Shown: in pieces, positions 35,401 to 39,095 of the stretch
Position numbering within the stretch: the first letter of the stretch is position 1
How the letters are laid out: every line of letters starts with the position of its first letter
Translations under genes and position numbers: made by a program
The notes under the pieces: model-generated
What the model was told of the DNA's origin: nothing
Databases searched by the model: none
Seen by the model: only the letters and a program-made list of their open reading frames with translations
Origin: Octopus bimaculoides
Lineage: Eukaryota
DNA length: 39,095 bases
Direction of reading: 5' to 3'
Assembly (NCBI RefSeq): GCF_001194135.2
Contig: NC_068989.1
Coordinates: forward strand, 30,212,776-30,251,870

Positions 35401-35610
35401 GTGTTTCAATAGGGTTTATATGTGGTGGAGGGCGCTGTTGAGAAGCCATAGGGTGTGACCGGGTATTTTTTGACAGATAAGGTGGTTGTGCATGAGGCTG
35501 GTTGATAGACCCTCCAGTGTATTGCACATAACTTATAGGCTGTTCAGTTCCAGTAGAAGGCATTTGGCTCAATGGACCAAGTGATGTATAAGGATAGATT
35601 CGATGGTAAG
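35401..35610 (-). CDS. Internal coding exon of host gene (Pro/Ser/Gln-rich region), not in the ORF track
   Basis: T-rich tract then TAAG acceptor (AG at 35612-35611). The 210 nt are open: YHRIYPYTSLGPLSQMPSTGTEQPISYVQYTGGSINQPHAQPPYLSKNTRSHPMASQQRPPPHINPIET. Donor C|GTTAGT; phase 1/1. The final C plus the first GA of exon 3885-4092 gives CGA (Arg) in frame. Confidence 0.7.
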
Positions 35611-37540
35611 CTTAATAAATAAATAGATAGATAAATAATTAAATAAATAAATTAATAAATCAATAAGTAAATAAAATTGGCAGCAATTTACTTTTCAATA
35701 TAGAGTTTGAAAATATAGCTACTAAGAAAGGTTTTACAGAAATATAATATTTTTAAAGTTCTGAAAAATTTTCATCTGCAGTCATGCATAATATATTATG
35801 TACTGCCTAGGTTTTCCTGTTTACCCCCAGGTTAGACTTGACTAAACTGAGTTATAGTCAAAAGCATTCCAGCTATGATCAATCTTTTTTTTATATCAGA
35901 CATTGCTTATCTAGAACTGAATTATCCAATGTGTTCATTTTTATGACTGGAGATTGAGGAAGATTTGGTTGCTATCTCTTGTAGCTGGAGCAGCCACGTA
36001 AAACTTGCCTTGTTTACTCAGTATTGCTGGGAGATGAGTACAGAAAATCACTGGGTTGAGACTATCATTCAAATGTTAATGATAATTCAACAAATAAGTC
36101 TTTGCAGGTTATTTTGTTTGATGTGTATGAACTTCTTCATGTAAATGAAGGTATGAGATACTCAGTTTCATTTATTTATGAGACTGATTGTTCCTTAAGA
36201 AGGCATTATCTCCTGTAAATACGTGACTGTCTATTGAGTTGGCAAGATAATACAAACAGAATTTCTTCAAATGCATGCTGAAGACAAGGAGTCAAATATG
36301 TTCATTCAATGAGGTCACTGATACAAAATAATACCTACAAGATTCTAAAAGTTAATGAGGTTGTCATGATAGCCTAGGTCAATTTTGCAATGGTCCTATA
36401 ATTAATAACTTCAAGGACATGAGTAGAGCTGCCTTGACAATATTCAAAGTATGAAATTGATTCTAATTTAAATGAACCTAATAACAATATGAAAAATTCA
36501 ACAGGAAGAATATCTACAAATAGATACATGAGTGCATATATTTACAGCATTTCATTGTTAGTGATGTGGACAAATGTAGAAGTTAGACTGTTTTGAAATA
36601 AGATTAATAACATTATCATACAAAAAAATCTAGTATAGATAAGAAAATCTATGGTTTAGACAGTTACAATTTGTCAAATTTAATAAATCTAGTTTAAAAG
36701 AATTAAATATATTGATTTGTCATGTAAAAGAACTATGCATGATTTGTTTTAAAACAATGAAGCCGGTACTGGTACTGGCTGCTGAGTAATCCTAATCAGT
36801 ATTGTTCATGCAAATTAAAAAAAAAATAAAGCGTGCACATTGTGTTAAGGGCATGCATTATCTGGCATTGCTTGAGTTGCACCTTATGATTTGAACAGTG
36901 TTCTGATTGTAACTGTGCAGCTTTTGATGGCAGCATACATATATAGTTCTTGTGGTTCCTAAATTAGTGGTAATAGGAGGATATTTGAAGGAGAAGTGAT
37001 TGTTAAATTGAGTAGATTAGTGACAGTCTCAAATTCTCTAAGTAGTTTGAGAAAAATTTTAACTTCTTGGGTCCAATAGTCTGGGTCCAATAGTGACCTA
37101 AACAATGATGAAGAACGTATACTATTTTTATTATAATTATTATGTTGCTTAACTGTTAGGTTAGATTTGACAGAACAGCCAGTGATCAGAGTCATTCATA
37201 ACTTAATCATATCATTTGTTTTTAAGGTATAATTTCTACATTATCCCCAGTACTAGCATATGATTTGATTGAGATTTGCCTACAATTTTCAACAAGTTGA
37301 ACAACTATATAGAAGCTCCCTCTTTGGCTATTATGCTTACTACTGATGCTGCTATTTAACCAAAGGCCAGCTCTGATTCAGCAGGCACTTCAGCCATGAC
37401 CATCCCATTCTTTTCTTTCAGTCATCAAATTTGTGTCCTTTCTTTTTTAAAATGATAATCTGTGGTCTGAGAGAAATTTAGCCCTTATTTTTAGCAGGTC
37501 AAGCTACTGCAGTTTTGGCCTGATTATCCATTTTATTATT

Positions 37541-37745
37541 GGGGTGGTGGATGTCAGAATTGGTAGAGCACTAGACAAACTGTTTCACAATAGTAATATC
37601 ACTTTTCCTTCTGAGTTCAAATCCTACCAGGAATGATTGTGTTTCATCTTTCAGAGATTTAAACAAGTAAACAGTCATGCAACTAACTACACCATTCTTT
37701 CTAAATTTGTGACCTTACACCAATGCAAGAAAATCAATATTATTA
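37541..37745 (+). mobile_element. Decayed tRNA-derived SINE, family C
   Basis: GTCAGAATTGGTAGAGCAC head, TTCTGAGTTCAAATCC B-box-like motif, TTTCATCTTTC, AT-rich tail. Confidence 0.45.
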
Positions 37746-38454
37746 TTTAGTTGGAGAGGGAAAGGCAGTGTCCATAACTTTTGTAGACAATTCTTAAATC
37801 AGTGAGATCAATGCAATTGATATCTGTAGGGAAGGAGAGTTGGTTGAACAGCTTTTTGTCAATTACACCACTGTTTCTACTGCACTAATAATCAAGATTT
37901 GTAACTTTGACACAAGTCCATAATTTAAAGGAATTGGTGAAGGATCATTATAATTTATTAAATCAAGACTAGTATATGTATGGTCCTTATAGACTTTAAA
38001 GAGGGCTGAAAGGCAATGTTGACTCTTTATTTTTATTTGATTCTGCTATCTGCTCCACTCAATAATAATAATAATAATGATTTTTATTATTTGCCACAGG
38101 AGCATTTAATGAGGAGGGTATGTCAAAGATGGGTTAGATAAAATGTTAGGGTTTATACAAAAAAAAAAGTGAAGGAAAAAAACAAATGAGGTGAAAAGCA
38201 TACATAATATATAAATATGTGATGATGATGATGAAGATGAAGATGAGGATACGACCCTCTTCATACAGGATCCTCAACCAGGGCCAATCCCCAAATCCCC
38301 CAGATACATGATCATCATGACAATTATGAGCTCTCTCTTAGGAAGAAGGATAAGAGCTTCAAATTGATTGACAATATAGATGATAAAATAGGAGTAAAAT
38401 GAAACGACAACTACTTAACAATTCTTAGAACAAAATATTCAAACATAGATGCAA

Positions 38455-38895
38455 GTGTGGCTGTGTGGTACGAAGCTTGCTATAGGTGCAGATATAGCTG
38501 TGTGGTAAGAAGTTTGCTTCCCAACCACATAGCTCCAGGTTCAGTTCCACTGCATGACACTTTGGGCAAGTGTCTTCTACTATAGCCTCAAGCCGACCAA
38601 AGCCTTGTGAGTGGATTTGGTAAGCAGAAACTGAAAGAAGCATGTTGTATACATATGTATCTATATATCTATGTGTGTGTGTCATTGTGTCTGTGTTTGT
38701 CCCCCCATCACTGCATGACATCCTGTGTTGTGAGTTTATGTCTTTGTAACTTGGTAGTTCAGTAGGAGTGACTAATAGAATATGTACTAGGCTTAAGGAA
38801 TAAGTCCTGGGGTCGATTTGTTTGACTATAAACCCTTCAAAGTGGTGCTCCAGCATGGCTATAGTCAAATGAATGGAATAAGTAAAAGATTAAAA
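38455..38895 (+). mobile_element. SINE family A with a duplicated head
   Basis: GCTGTGTGGTA(C/A)GAAG(C/T)TTGCT occurs twice (from ~38460 and ~38498), then a colinear body. Confidence 0.88.
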
Positions 38896-39095
38896 TGGGG
38901 CTTTGAAAGGTGGATAAAATTTCAAGGTAGATTAGATAGTTTGTAATTACAAGCTCCATTGTAGTGTCTACATAAAATAAAATGCATACAAAAATCAAAT
39001 ACAATATGTTTAATAAATATATTAAATTTTTTTGTGAGAATATAAAAATTTGTGGAAATATTCTTAGAGTGACAATATATATATATATATATATA

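Noticed and set aside
37068-37095. TGGGTCCAATAGT direct repeat
   Set aside because: Two copies only, consistent with simple slippage; not a CRISPR-like array.
38220-38365. Acidic plus-strand stretch DDDDEDED and an open minus-strand frame as an exon
   Set aside because: Starts in a (GAT)n repeat, has weak splice sites and no family motif.

Overview
AT-rich, microsatellite-rich animal genomic DNA from a draft assembly with four N gaps (17906-18153, 25058-25067, 29411-30262, 31522-31649). The SINE, LINE and Penelope families resemble those I recall from Octopus genomes; this is an inference, not a database result. The window lies inside a minus-strand host gene. Three phase-compatible exons (35401-35610, 3885-4092, 2269-2432) splice to give ...QDPETKVRMERMEAQLANLTAWV..., resembling the SRCIN1/KIAA1217 (AIP3-domain, p140Cap/sickle tail) family. 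Most of the window is a ~31 kb intron filled with decayed TEs: a Gypsy LTR element with a nested inverted Penelope-like element (PLE), several other PLE pieces, three RTE-type LINEs, a Tc1 transposon, mariner and Helitron fragments, and many SINEs. Main observations: (1) PLE hammerhead-ribozyme motifs whose cores are retained antisense to the host gene but broken in the host-sense copies; (2) a 103/104-identical inverted SINE pair 3.4 kb apart; (3) two tandem-duplicated, frame-preserving candidate small exons; (4) an RTE LINE with a twin-priming-like inversion and an HDV-like fold at its 5' end. Most ORF-track entries are spurious, TE fragments or run through N gaps.
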